NCBI GenBank assembly: GCA_030606485.1
Contig: JAUWGH010000002.1
Span: 134,192 to 198,191, forward strand
Length of the DNA stretch: 64,000 bases
Source of the DNA: Promethearchaeota archaeon
GTDB taxonomy: Archaea > Asgardarchaeota > Lokiarchaeia > Sigyniarchaeales > SOKP01
Direction of reading: 5' to 3'
Below the pieces are notes generated by a model. The model did not search any database and was not told where the DNA came from. It worked only from the letters and a program-made list of their open reading frames with translations. Positions 1 through 9,984 of the stretch are shown piece by piece. Both the position numbers and the translations under genes were made by a program. Position 1 is the first letter of the stretch. The number at the start of each line of letters is the position of its first letter.

Positions 1-1
1 G

Positions 2-262
2 AACTTTTCAATTGACAATTCTAATAATCTAATAATAATAGATGAGATAGGAAAAATGGAATTATATTCCAAAAAGTTTATCTCCTTGATTTCTGAAATA
101 TTTAAATCCAATAATTCAATATTGGCAACAATAGGTCAAAAGTTAAGGCATCCAGTTAAAGAAATGTTGCTCCAAATGAAGAATATTAAAACATATAATT
201 TAAATCGTAATAATTTTAATGATATTAAATCTGACCTTATTCAAAACCTTTTAGAGCAATAA
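2..262 (+). CDS. C-terminal part of a THEP1-type nucleoside-triphosphatase (gene begins upstream of the window)
   Basis: Frame is open from nt 2. The translation NFSIDNSNNLIIIDEIGKMELYSKKF carries the IIIDEIGKME Walker-B-like box typical of the THEP1 NTPase family. Stop at 260-262. Confidence 0.55.
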   Translation, partial: NFSIDNSNNLIIIDEIGKMELYSKKFISLISEIFKSNNSILATIGQKLRHPVKEMLLQMKNIKTYNLNRNNFNDIKSDLIQNLLEQ

Positions 263-300
263 AGAAATAGAAAAAAACAATTTTTAAAATAAAAAGAATT

Positions 301-1032
301 TTAAAGCATGGAGACAGTGTTATTAGTTTCATCGAGATTGATTATACCTTTTACAGCTAGTTGTTTAATCGTCCGAACAGCCATGATCGGAGGTACATCA
401 AGTTTTTTTTTCAAATCATCAAGCTTACAACTACCCTCTTGCATAATTGTTGCGACAATCTCTACTTCAGGGATCTCTTCGTCTGAATATTCCATTAGAA
501 ACGATACAAAGAAATTATCACTTTTAAGTTGGTTTAATTTATTATCTAGCTCTTCCAATTTTTCTTTGGAAAAAGTAGTTTTTAGTTCATTCTCCCTCTG
601 TTCATTATCAAGTTTTATTTGATCCAACTTGGTTTTTTCAGATTCTTTTGTAGTAATTTTTTCATTCAAAGAATCTATTTTTGAAACAAGATTTTCTAAT
701 TCAAACTGTGGTTGTTTCAACTCATCAGTAGCTGTTTCAAGGTCTTTATTTAATTCAGTGATTTTTGTGGTTAATTCATCTCTTTTTGCTTTTTTTTCTA
801 TGATTTTTTTATCTAATTCTTCAGATTTGATTTTTAAACCGGTTATTTCAGAATTTTGTTTGTGAATTGTGTCTTCTAATTTTTCAATTTCTTTTTGTTC
901 CGATTGCATATTTTTCCAAGTTAAACTTAAATGTTGGATAATTTCTTCATTGTTTTTCTGTAGAGATTGTTGATATGTATCAAAAGCTCCTTCAAATTGT
1001 TCAATTAATGCCAATATTTCCTTTGAGCTCAT
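301..1032 (-). CDS. Coiled-coil protein with C-terminal winged-helix-like module (function unknown)
   Basis: 243 aa. About 170 aa of heptad-like E/K/L/N-rich sequence, then a compact C-terminal unit (IVATIMQEGSCKLDDLKKKLDVPPIMAVRTIKQLAVKGIINLDETNNTVSML) resembling a wHTH. Its start overlaps the stop of the upstream paralog (TAATG). Confidence 0.6.
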   Translation of the reverse strand: MSSKEILALIEQFEGAFDTYQQSLQKNNEEIIQHLSLTWKNMQSEQKEIEKLEDTIHKQNSEITGLKIKSEELDKKIIEKKAKRDELTTKITELNKDLETATDELKQPQFELENLVSKIDSLNEKITTKESEKTKLDQIKLDNEQRENELKTTFSKEKLEELDNKLNQLKSDNFFVSFLMEYSDEEIPEVEIVATIMQEGSCKLDDLKKKLDVPPIMAVRTIKQLAVKGIINLDETNNTVSML

Positions 1033-1808
1033 TAAAAACCAACCTCCTCTTTTAAGATAACTGTTCCAGCAGTCTCATCATATTTAATTGGTCCATTTAG
1101 CTCAACCATTTTTCTTAGAATTTTTTTAATTTGTTCTTCTTTCATATCTACAGCTGCGCTTATCTTTTTTATTTCTAGAGTCGTGCCTTTTTGTAGGGTT
1201 TTAATAACTTGCATTTGTGAAGAGTGTATATAATTTTTGTTTATTAATAATTTCATGGCTTCCACTCTATTTCCAAAAGATTCAACAATTTTACTTTTTT
1301 TTTCAAAATCGTTTCCAAGTTTAAGTTGAATTTCTATTAATTTAGCTTCAAATACTTCCTTTAATTTTGTTAATTCCCGAATTTTAGTTTCCAAATCTTT
1401 TAGACGCTCACTCCGATTTTCAAATTCTTTTTTTGTTGTATTTATTTTCTCTAAAGTTTCTGTCAGTTCATTTCGTTTAGATTGAATTGTATCCAATAAT
1501 TTTTGACGTATTTTAGTTAATTCATTAATTTCCTCTTCAAAATTTGAAATATTTCGATTATTTTGAGAAATTTTGTTTTTTAATGAATTGATATTATCTG
1601 TATTGGATTCTATTGTTTTTAAATTAGAATTTTTTTCTTCTTCAAATTTTTCAATTAATTCTAAGATCCTTTTAGTGTGTTCTATTAATTTAGGCATTGA
1701 ATCTTTATTCAATCCGTTAATTCCTTCAATTATTGATGAAATTTTCTTTAAAGAAGTTTTTACTTCAGTTATATAACTCATAATATAACTCATATAATCT
1801 ACTTGCAA
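1032..1808 (-). CDS. Coiled-coil protein with C-terminal winged-helix-like module, paralog of 301..1032
   Basis: 258 aa with the same architecture. C-terminal VIKTLQKGTTLEIKKISAAVDMKEEQIKKILRKMVELNGPIKYDETAGTVILKEE. The track start is TTG; in-frame ATGs at 1793 and 1781 are alternative starts. Confidence 0.6.
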   Translation of the reverse strand: MQVDYMSYIMSYITEVKTSLKKISSIIEGINGLNKDSMPKLIEHTKRILELIEKFEEEKNSNLKTIESNTDNINSLKNKISQNNRNISNFEEEINELTKIRQKLLDTIQSKRNELTETLEKINTTKKEFENRSERLKDLETKIRELTKLKEVFEAKLIEIQLKLGNDFEKKSKIVESFGNRVEAMKLLINKNYIHSSQMQVIKTLQKGTTLEIKKISAAVDMKEEQIKKILRKMVELNGPIKYDETAGTVILKEEVGF

Positions 1809-1911
1809 TATTTAATTTTTTCTAAAAGATTTAAACTACATTAAAGCAATTTGGTAAAAATAATAAAAAAAATAGAAGGTAAAATTTTATTTATGTTTTC
1901 TTATTAAACTT

Positions 1912-4038
1912 CTAAAATAATATTAACCCTGCTCCACCATTGAACATCATGAGTAAGCCCAGAAAAATCGATGCTGTTAGAGACATTACTACTAATAAAG
2001 TATTAATCGAAGGACCCGCTGTATCTTTAAATGGATCACCAACAGTGTCTCCGGTAATTGACGCTTTATGAATGTCTGTTCCTTTACCTCCTAAATTACC
2101 ATCTTCAATCCACTTTTTTGCATTATCCCAAGCGCCACCAGCGTTTGACATCATAATTGCAAAGACGAATCCGCTTAATATTGCCCCCACTAAGAAAGCC
2201 GCAAGTGCCGCAACACCAAACAAAATTCCGACAGTTAATGGTGTTGCAATTGATATAATACTTGGCAAAAAAAGTTCTTTTATTGAACCTTTAGTTGCAA
2301 TATCAATACATTTATTGAAATCTGCGGCTTCTTCTCCTGTTAGAATTTTTGGATTAGATTCAAATTGCCTTCGAATTTCATCAACCATTTTAGCAGCATT
2401 CCTTTGAACAGCTAGAATCAATAGAGCGGAGAATAATGCTGGTATAACAACCCCAATAAAAGCACCAATTAAAACATTAATTTTAAGTAAGTCTATCACT
2501 TGAATAGTTCCAGGTTGTATATTATTAGCTTCAGAAGTAAATGAAAACATTAATGCAAACACTGTCAAATTTGCGGCTCCAATTGCAAACCCCTTTGTAA
2601 TTGCTTTAGCTGTATTTCCAGCAGAATCCAAACGATCAGCCGTCCGTATAACCTCATCTCCTAACCCTCCTTGTTCTGCTATAGCACGTGCATTATCTAC
2701 AATAGGACCATAAGCATCATTGGCTACAATTGTTCCTACGATTGCAAGCATTCCAACTGCAGCCATTGCTACTCCAAAAACTCCACCTAATAAATAAGCA
2801 ACAGCCATTGCAATAATTATTCCTAAAGCAGCAGGTACTACACTCATGAGCCCGTAGGAGAAACCACTAAGAATAACGACAGCATGACCTTCTTTAGCAG
2901 CTTCTGCTATTGATCTTGTTGGTTTTTTATCGTCTCTTGTGAAGTAATCACTCGTAAAACCAATTACTATTCCAGAAAAGAGTCCAATTATAGCTGCACC
3001 CCAATTTCTCCATAGCATTTCTGTTTCACTACTTGTTAATCCTATTGTCATAATTAAAGTAAATAATGCGGCCAATCCAGCAAAAATCAATGTTGATAAA
3101 TAGGTACCACTGTTTAAAGCTTTACCAGGTTCATCGGATCCTTTCAATTTTATTATATATATACCTATTAGCGATGCAATTAAACCTACACCACATAAGA
3201 CCACTGGAAATACAACATAGATAAATCGAGCTTCTGTTGATAAAGAAACATTAACAATCACAGCTAAAGATGCAGCTAACATCATTGCAGCAATAATTGA
3301 AGCAACATAGGAGTCAAAAAGGTCACTACCCATTCCTGCAATATCTCCAACGTTGTCTCCAACATTATCAGCGATTGTAGCTGGATTTCGGGGGTCGTCT
3401 TCTGGAAGATCATATTCAGCTTTGCCCACTAAATCAGCGCCTACATCAGCCGTTTTTGTATAGATTCCTCCTCCACATTTCATAAATAATGCAACGCTAC
3501 TTGCTCCAAAACTAAACCCTAAGACAATGTTAGGATCAGGAATAATCATAAACCAAATGGATAAACCGATTAAAGCAACACCTACTACTGCAAGTCCCAT
3601 AACTGCTCCACCAAAAAAAGCAATATTAAATCCTTCTTTAGTTCCTTTAGTACATCCTTGAGCTGCCCTAGTATTTGCTTTCACACCTACATACATTCCT
3701 AACCAGCCTGCGAACATTGAACCGACAGCCCCAGTTAAGTAAGCAATCATTTGTTCCCAATTTATTGCACCAGAAACAACTCTTGTATAGGTATCACTGG
3801 TTTCGAATGGAGACGGCAAAAATAATAAGGCAATTGCAAGACAAACTACAAAAATACCTAAAACTTTATATTGAACTTTTAGATAAGTTGTTGCTCCCTC
3901 CTCGATATATCCCGCAACTTCTATCATTTTTTCATTGCCAGGATCCTCTTTAAATACCAAATATCGAAAATAGAGTGCCATCACTATAGAAATAATCCCC
4001 GCAATTAAAGCAACAAATATAGTTATTGGTACTGCCAT
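1912..4038 (-). CDS. hppA: Membrane-bound proton/sodium-translocating pyrophosphatase
   Basis: 708 aa polytopic protein with GGGIYTKTADVGADLVGKAE and DNVGDNVGDIAGMGSDLF signatures of M-PPases. Ends with a TAG stop. Confidence 0.95.
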   Translation of the reverse strand: MAVPITIFVALIAGIISIVMALYFRYLVFKEDPGNEKMIEVAGYIEEGATTYLKVQYKVLGIFVVCLAIALLFLPSPFETSDTYTRVVSGAINWEQMIAYLTGAVGSMFAGWLGMYVGVKANTRAAQGCTKGTKEGFNIAFFGGAVMGLAVVGVALIGLSIWFMIIPDPNIVLGFSFGASSVALFMKCGGGIYTKTADVGADLVGKAEYDLPEDDPRNPATIADNVGDNVGDIAGMGSDLFDSYVASIIAAMMLAASLAVIVNVSLSTEARFIYVVFPVVLCGVGLIASLIGIYIIKLKGSDEPGKALNSGTYLSTLIFAGLAALFTLIMTIGLTSSETEMLWRNWGAAIIGLFSGIVIGFTSDYFTRDDKKPTRSIAEAAKEGHAVVILSGFSYGLMSVVPAALGIIIAMAVAYLLGGVFGVAMAAVGMLAIVGTIVANDAYGPIVDNARAIAEQGGLGDEVIRTADRLDSAGNTAKAITKGFAIGAANLTVFALMFSFTSEANNIQPGTIQVIDLLKINVLIGAFIGVVIPALFSALLILAVQRNAAKMVDEIRRQFESNPKILTGEEAADFNKCIDIATKGSIKELFLPSIISIATPLTVGILFGVAALAAFLVGAILSGFVFAIMMSNAGGAWDNAKKWIEDGNLGGKGTDIHKASITGDTVGDPFKDTAGPSINTLLVVMSLTASIFLGLLMMFNGGAGLILF

Positions 4039-4144
4039 GTTTTTTCACGTTTTGATAATTTCTTATTTTTTTAATTAAATTTTATTTAAATTAATTCAGT
4101 TTAATAACAAATTAACTTTAAATCTTATCATTTAAAACAATTTA

Positions 4145-4380
4145 ATTCGATTTCAGAGCTCATTATTCAAAATATTGTATTATCGTCAGATTATTATTTC
4201 CTATAAATCGAAATGGATATTCTACTATTCGTAAATTAGAAGAGAGTATTATGGTAATATTATGTTTTTTCTAAAATCGAAAAATGTATTATGTTATTCC
4301 AAAAATCGAAAGATCTTATAGTGGAATATCTAAATATTACCCTTTTCTATTTACCGAAAATTATATTACATCTTTCGATT
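4145..4380. promoter_or_regulatory. Array of AAATCGAAA motifs in a 520-bp non-coding spacer
   Basis: Perfect direct 9-mers at 4205-4213, 4274-4282 and 4303-4311. Variant TACCGAAAA at 4352-4360. Inverted 8/9 copies at 4146-4153 and 4373-4380. CGAAA followed by a T/A-rich stretch resembles archaeal BRE/TATA modules. Confidence 0.3.
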
Positions 4381-4558
4381 AATAGAAATAGATCATCTTA
4401 GCGTATTACATTTTGATTGAATTTTAGTGTAATATGCAGATATATATAAAAGTTCATGAAACAGTTCTTTCACGAAGAAACATATACTTCTACAGAACAT
4501 CCTGGTATTATTTGAATCAAGATCTATATTTGTTATATTGGATTCACTATTTTTCTTA

Positions 4559-5239
4559 TTAAATAATATTATAAGATGTTATCCAAAAATAGGTTAAAAA
4601 TTCTACATTAAGATTTTTTATATTATCTCCAAGAATTGGAGCAAATTCATTTTTTTTAGGGAAATTTTTTACAATTTCATATTTTCTTCCATCTTCTAAA
4701 GCCCTTATTTGATATGTATTCCCTTCATTATCTATTCTTGATATAGGAGTACTACTATCTTTGGTATATAGGTTATCAATAAATATCACTAAGGCATCTG
4801 ATTGAAGTTTCGAGTGAAAAATATTAAGAAATGTTTTTAACTTAGATTTTAAAATATGCGACCACCAGAAACCACTAAAACCAGCAGAAAATTTCCCCTT
4901 AATTTTACTTAAATAAAATGAATCATCTTGAATAAAGGAAACATTATTTGAAAAAAAAACTTTTTTTTTAGCAATTTTAAGAACTTCTTGATTAATATCA
5001 GTTGCAGTAACTAAATTTGCAATTGATGCAATAGTTTTTGTCCAATAACCGGTTCCACAGGCAATTTCAAGAACATTATGTCCTTTAAGTAATTTTTTAA
5101 GAATAGAATGAAGTAAGGCTATATCTTCCTGTCGTTCAGGTCGTTGATAAGTTTTCTCATATTCAATCGCACGATCTGCATAATATTGAATGAGTTTCTT
5201 ATCTTGATTTTTTCTCACGAATCTTACCTTAAATGACAT
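4559..5239 (-). CDS. Class I SAM-dependent methyltransferase
   Basis: 226 aa with motif I VLEIACGTGYWT. Lies 3 nt downstream of the MttB-family gene. Confidence 0.8.
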   Translation of the reverse strand: MSFKVRFVRKNQDKKLIQYYADRAIEYEKTYQRPERQEDIALLHSILKKLLKGHNVLEIACGTGYWTKTIASIANLVTATDINQEVLKIAKKKVFFSNNVSFIQDDSFYLSKIKGKFSAGFSGFWWSHILKSKLKTFLNIFHSKLQSDALVIFIDNLYTKDSSTPISRIDNEGNTYQIRALEDGRKYEIVKNFPKKNEFAPILGDNIKNLNVEFLTYFWITSYNII

Positions 5240-5242
5240 AAT

Positions 5243-6670
5243 TTATTGCAAATATTTAGTAACTATTTTATTTAATTCTTTTGCAAGAATTTCATTGATT
5301 GGCTGTATTGGGGGCATATTTAATAATCTATCTGCCTCTTCACGCGCTCTTTTTCTTGCGGATTTGGAACCCAGTTTTCTCCATGAATCGCGGGTCTTTC
5401 TATCAATAATTGAACTTGGAAAAAATAATTCTTTTCTGAAAAGTTTTAAAGTAGATGGGTGGGATAATAGTTCTTCTTGCTCTCTAAAATCTTTTAGGAT
5501 ATCTAAAGCAAAAGGAGATCCATAATCCTCAATGCCTTGAAGGAATCTTTTAACCATTCCAATAATTTCGTTATCAATTAAAAGTTTTTCAATACTTTGT
5601 GTTGATTCAAAATCAAGCATTCCGGGACCTGAAATCATATTAATTCCGGCTAACCCGGCTAGAAGTGCTCCCATTCCTGCTTCAAAACCAGCTTGAGCAT
5701 CTGGAATTTTTGCATCACTTAGACTCATATAAGCGTGTGTTGGCATTTTTAAAAATTTTCCCATTTCTATGTCACCAATGTTTATCATCATAGTCTCTAT
5801 AGCTCCCATCGGTGTTGTACCATGTTTCATATCCATTACTGCCGGTGATCCACCCCATATTAATGGTGCTCCACGTTTTGCCAATTGAGCAATTACAACC
5901 CCAACAAGGGTTTCAGCACAATGTTGAGTAATTGACCCCAACAAGGTAATTGGAGCACTTGCACCAGCCAATGGCATTGAAACAAACTCAGATGGGATCA
6001 TACTTTTAGCGGCATCAATTACTGATTGACTAGTGAGATCTGACCACTTTAAAGGTGGGCTAGGGCAAGCATCAAATATTGCTAATGGTTTTCTCGCTAA
6101 ATCATCTTCAGATAAGCGGCAAGACAAAAGAATTTCCCGCATAATTGAAAAACTATCCTTGCGAAATGTTCCCGTTACAACAGGTTTATGACAATTAGAA
6201 AGTGATATAAATAGACGATGCCAATCTTGTGCATCTTTAGGAACATCTTGATAGATTAATGCAGTGCTTTGAGCTTCAATATATTTTAATTGCTCAACGA
6301 TTTTTGAAAATTTAATGAAATCATTCGAATTAGCTTCTCTAATTTCGCCTGTATTCTCATCTAAGATGAAAATTGCAGCGGATCCAGGATCAAAATGAAC
6401 TTGATCATTTTTCAATGAAATATGTTCCTTACCCTCTCGGTCAAATAAGGTTATTTCATTTGGAACCGATTTTAAACATTTATCGACTAAGTCAGATGGG
6501 ATGTAGAAGCGTTGTTCCTTATAATTAAGACCTTGTTGCGAAAACAAATCTATAGCTTCTTGATTTTCTATAAAAACTCCTTGAGTTTCCAGAATGATCT
6601 TAGCTTCATTAAAAATTAATTTCTTGTGTTCATTATCTAATATTTGAATCTTGGGTTTAATTATTGGCAT
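5243..6670 (-). CDS. MttB-superfamily (trimethylamine methyltransferase-like) corrinoid-dependent methyltransferase, non-pyrrolysine type
   Basis: 475 aa. Paralog of 8402..9841, with shared blocks such as PDAQAGFEAG/PDAQAGLECG and a C-terminal FRxELxFP. No internal stop codon. Confidence 0.8.
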   Translation of the reverse strand: MPIIKPKIQILDNEHKKLIFNEAKIILETQGVFIENQEAIDLFSQQGLNYKEQRFYIPSDLVDKCLKSVPNEITLFDREGKEHISLKNDQVHFDPGSAAIFILDENTGEIREANSNDFIKFSKIVEQLKYIEAQSTALIYQDVPKDAQDWHRLFISLSNCHKPVVTGTFRKDSFSIMREILLSCRLSEDDLARKPLAIFDACPSPPLKWSDLTSQSVIDAAKSMIPSEFVSMPLAGASAPITLLGSITQHCAETLVGVVIAQLAKRGAPLIWGGSPAVMDMKHGTTPMGAIETMMINIGDIEMGKFLKMPTHAYMSLSDAKIPDAQAGFEAGMGALLAGLAGINMISGPGMLDFESTQSIEKLLIDNEIIGMVKRFLQGIEDYGSPFALDILKDFREQEELLSHPSTLKLFRKELFFPSSIIDRKTRDSWRKLGSKSARKRAREEADRLLNMPPIQPINEILAKELNKIVTKYLQ

Positions 6671-6699
6671 TTTGTATTTTTTTCGATTAAATCATATAT

Positions 6700-7581
6700 T
6701 TATAATGAATAAATAATTTTACGGATTTCTTTAATTGTTTGAGGCGATGTTCCACAACATCCACCAACTATTTTTACTCCTAAATTAATCATATCGTGAA
6801 TATCTCGTGCAAAATCATTTGGTGGATATTCATAAAACGGTCTATAATTTTCATCAATTTTTGGTTGTCCTGCATTTGGTTTAGCTGAAAGTGGTTTTTT
6901 AGTTAATTTAACACTCTCTTCTATTAATCCAATCATTTCATTAGAATCAATTGTACAGTTTGATCCAATCACATCTACATTTTCCTGTTCCAAGATTTGA
7001 ATACATTTTTTAAGGGAATCACCCATTATCGTAAAATATCCCCTTGGAGTCTTTTTATATGTCATTGAGGCGATTATCGGCTTTTTAGAGGCTTCTTTCA
7101 CTGCCTTAATTGCTGTTTTCATTTCTTCAATATCTGAAATTGTTTCAATATGCCAGAGATCAACTCCATTTTCTAGTATTTTTACTTGATTAGCAAAACT
7201 TGCCTGCCATTGTTCAATAGTAATATTTCCTACAGGAGGTCTGAATTCACCGCTTGGTCCTATATCTCCTACAATTAAACTGTTTGGAGGACATATTTTC
7301 TTTATATTTTCAAGTGCTTTTTGATTAATTTCCTCTATTCGATCTTCAAGTTTATATTTTTTTAAATTTAATGAAGATGACCCAAAAGTGCATGTTTGGC
7401 ACATATCTGACCCGACATCATAGTATGATTTATGTATATCAGAAATAATATCAGGTTTCTCAATATTCAATAGATCAGGAATCTTACCAGGTTCGATTCC
7501 TCGTTTAAATATTTCTGTACCCATAGCTCCATCAAATAAAATTATCTTGGAATCATCTTTTAACCAATCATGGAATAACAT
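6700..7581 (-). CDS. Zinc-dependent thiol (homocysteine-type) S-methyltransferase domain protein (MetH N-terminal/BHMT fold)
   Basis: 293 aa with N-terminal FDGAMGTE and zinc-ligand motifs GSNCT and GGCCGTSP, characteristic of the homocysteine S-methyltransferase family. Confidence 0.8.
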   Translation of the reverse strand: MLFHDWLKDDSKIILFDGAMGTEIFKRGIEPGKIPDLLNIEKPDIISDIHKSYYDVGSDMCQTCTFGSSSLNLKKYKLEDRIEEINQKALENIKKICPPNSLIVGDIGPSGEFRPPVGNITIEQWQASFANQVKILENGVDLWHIETISDIEEMKTAIKAVKEASKKPIIASMTYKKTPRGYFTIMGDSLKKCIQILEQENVDVIGSNCTIDSNEMIGLIEESVKLTKKPLSAKPNAGQPKIDENYRPFYEYPPNDFARDIHDMINLGVKIVGGCCGTSPQTIKEIRKIIYSL

Positions 7582-7611
7582 TTTTAATAAACTTCCTCCA
7601 AAGTATAAATT

Positions 7612-8259
7612 CTATATATGCAGGAGAGATTTAGCTAGTTCAACTGCTTCTACAGCATTTTCAGCATAACCATCTGCACCGCATTCTTCAACCCATTTAC
7701 TCGTAACCGGAGCACCACCAAGGATTACCTTAAATTTATTGCTAATTCCCTTTTTTTTCAAGATTTCTATAACTTTTTTCTGTCCTAACATAGTAGTTGT
7801 TAACAGGGCTGATACTCCGATAATATCAACATTTTTTTCAATTGCTTCATCAATAATCTTTTCAGCGGGAACATCGGCACCCAAATCATAAACCTCAAAA
7901 CCATACGCTCTTAACATTGTTGCAACAATTGTTTTCCCGATTGAGTGTATATCACCTTCAATAGTTGCTATTACCACTTTTCCTAATGTTTTTCGCTCTA
8001 TGCCACCCTGTAGATGAGGTATGAGAAGATCCAAGCAATCTTGCATGATTTTTGCCCCTCTCATCAACTCTGGAAGGAAAAATTCACCCGCATCCCATAA
8101 TTCTCCTACACGCCGAATTCCTGCTCCAAATCCTTCTTCAATAACATTAAGTATATTAAAATTTTCATCAATTGCTTTATTGGCTAATTCTCTGGCTTTA
8201 TCTTCATTCAAATTAACGATTGCATCAGAAATTTCACCATATAAGTTTTCTTGAGACAT
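7612..8259 (-). CDS. Corrinoid (B12-binding) methyl-carrier protein, MttC/MtgC-like
   Basis: 215 aa. DxHxxG motif (EGDIHSIGKT), SALLTTTM and GGAPV blocks of the cobalamin-binding Rossmann domain, preceded by a helical cap domain. Confidence 0.9.
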   Translation of the reverse strand: MSQENLYGEISDAIVNLNEDKARELANKAIDENFNILNVIEEGFGAGIRRVGELWDAGEFFLPELMRGAKIMQDCLDLLIPHLQGGIERKTLGKVVIATIEGDIHSIGKTIVATMLRAYGFEVYDLGADVPAEKIIDEAIEKNVDIIGVSALLTTTMLGQKKVIEILKKKGISNKFKVILGGAPVTSKWVEECGADGYAENAVEAVELAKSLLHI

Positions 8260-8401
8260 ATTATTCTCTCTCCTATTCTAAAAAATTATCCAAATATATT
8301 AAAACAAATAAACTAATTTATTATAGATTTTCTATTATTGGTTATTTAAAACTTACAAAAATAAAGATTACTTAGATAAATTGAAAAAATTTTTGATTAT
8401 T

Positions 8402-9841
8402 TCAAGCCGATGATGTAAGATTTCGTTGTGCTTTCTTAACTATCTCTTCCAATTCTTTAGTCACATCATCTGCAAGTAGCTCGGGTTTATGGGTTGCCAA
8501 GATTTCCTCTTTGCGTTTACGGCAGCGTTTTTCCATACTAGAAGCGCCTTTATTATTCCACGTATCGTAATATTCCCTGTCTAAGAGAGTCGGGAACCAT
8601 AATTCATTTCTGAAATGTTCAACTGTATGTTGTTTATCAAGAAAAGAACCTTTGGGGCCAACTTTTTCAATAATATCAATAGCAAATGCCTCTTCTTCAA
8701 ACGTTACTTCTCTATTAATACTTTCTACATATGATATGATTTCTGATTGCATAACAAGAAAATCTAAAGAACTTGCTTGATCCACACCACAGATCCCCAT
8801 ATGGCCAAAAATATCAGCTCCAGCTGCAGTTCCCAATGCCAGAGTTAAACCACACTCGAGACCAGCTTGGGCATCTGGTCGTTTAGAATCAGTTAGCCCT
8901 ACATTAATATAGACAGGCAAATTATAATACTTTCCCATCTGAGTCATTGCGACACTGAATATAGCCTGTTCAGGACCACTGAAAATTAATTGCGTGGTTT
9001 TCATATCAAAAGCATGGCATATCCCACCGTAGCATACCGGTATTCCTTCGCGTATGAGTTGAGTAATACATATTCCAGCTAAAATTTCAGCGTTTTCCTG
9101 AGCTAATGTTCCTGCAATTGTAGCAGGCGCAGATAATCCCATTTGAGCCATGGGTCCAATTGAAACCGGCATATTAAGTCGAGCAGTTTCAAATAGTAGG
9201 TCAATTCCGTTAAATGGAAAGGACAGAGGACTTACCGGTTCAAGTAAGGGATGAAACATTGGTAATTTCTGGGCTTTTTTCTCATCTCCTCTAAGGGCGA
9301 TAATAATATCTACTATAAATTTTGCTGAAGCTCTATCATGGAACCAAAATATAATCGGTTTAGTAGTATTTTTAATAGTTTCAAACGCCACTGCTACACA
9401 TCGCCATTCCACTGGAAGTTCATGTGGGTCTGCCATGGCTCCCGGTATGGTAATTTTTTCTAAAGCATCGGCAAATTTAACAGCAGTTGTGACATCATTA
9501 AGAGACGAATATCTTCGTTTATTATCAATATTATCAATCCATAGTGCTTGACCGCCTGAAGTGTTGTAATTACGTTTCCCAACACCAAATTCAGCCTTTT
9601 TCGAAAGGTTTCGTCCATAAAATGTGAAATTTTTTCCCGCTTTTGAAAGCAGCTCCATTACTAAATCATCTGAAATTCTTACTCGTTTATCTTTCATATC
9701 CACATTCGCCCCTCTCTCGGCGAAACGTGATAAAATCTCATCATGCGGGATAATTACACCAATCCTTTCAAGTATTTCAAGAGATGTTTGGTGTATTTTA
9801 TTAATCTGCTGTTCTGTAAGCACTTTTGCGATCATAAACAA
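8402..9841 (-). CDS. MttB-superfamily corrinoid-dependent methyltransferase, non-pyrrolysine type (second copy)
   Basis: 479 aa, paralog of 5243..6670, uninterrupted frame. The track start is TTG; the ATG at 9835 (MIAKV) is the likelier start. Confidence 0.8.
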   Translation of the reverse strand: MFMIAKVLTEQQINKIHQTSLEILERIGVIIPHDEILSRFAERGANVDMKDKRVRISDDLVMELLSKAGKNFTFYGRNLSKKAEFGVGKRNYNTSGGQALWIDNIDNKRRYSSLNDVTTAVKFADALEKITIPGAMADPHELPVEWRCVAVAFETIKNTTKPIIFWFHDRASAKFIVDIIIALRGDEKKAQKLPMFHPLLEPVSPLSFPFNGIDLLFETARLNMPVSIGPMAQMGLSAPATIAGTLAQENAEILAGICITQLIREGIPVCYGGICHAFDMKTTQLIFSGPEQAIFSVAMTQMGKYYNLPVYINVGLTDSKRPDAQAGLECGLTLALGTAAGADIFGHMGICGVDQASSLDFLVMQSEIISYVESINREVTFEEEAFAIDIIEKVGPKGSFLDKQHTVEHFRNELWFPTLLDREYYDTWNNKGASSMEKRCRKRKEEILATHKPELLADDVTKELEEIVKKAQRNLTSSA

Positions 9842-9984
9842 TTGAACAACTATATTTAACTTTATTTAAAACTTTTTATGGAAATTTTATTAGGTTTCCT
9901 AATTGGAATATTTTAGGATAAAAATCAAGTTTATTTGAAAACTAAAAAAAAAAAAATAATTTGAGATAAAATAAACTGTTGTAA

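Noticed and set aside
308-865. Plus-strand ORFs 308..622 and 629..865 (Ser/Phe/Leu-rich)
   Set aside because: They are antisense shadows of the coiled-coil gene 301..1032. The low-complexity composition is the complement of its E/K/L codons.
2072-3953. Plus-strand ORFs 2072..2407 and 3675..3953
   Set aside because: They lie entirely inside the well-supported hppA gene on the opposite strand, and no motifs were found.
5243-9841. Pyrrolysine-encoding trimethylamine methyltransferase genes
   Set aside because: Neither MttB homolog contains an in-frame TAG, and no pyl genes are in the window. They were treated as non-Pyl superfamily members.
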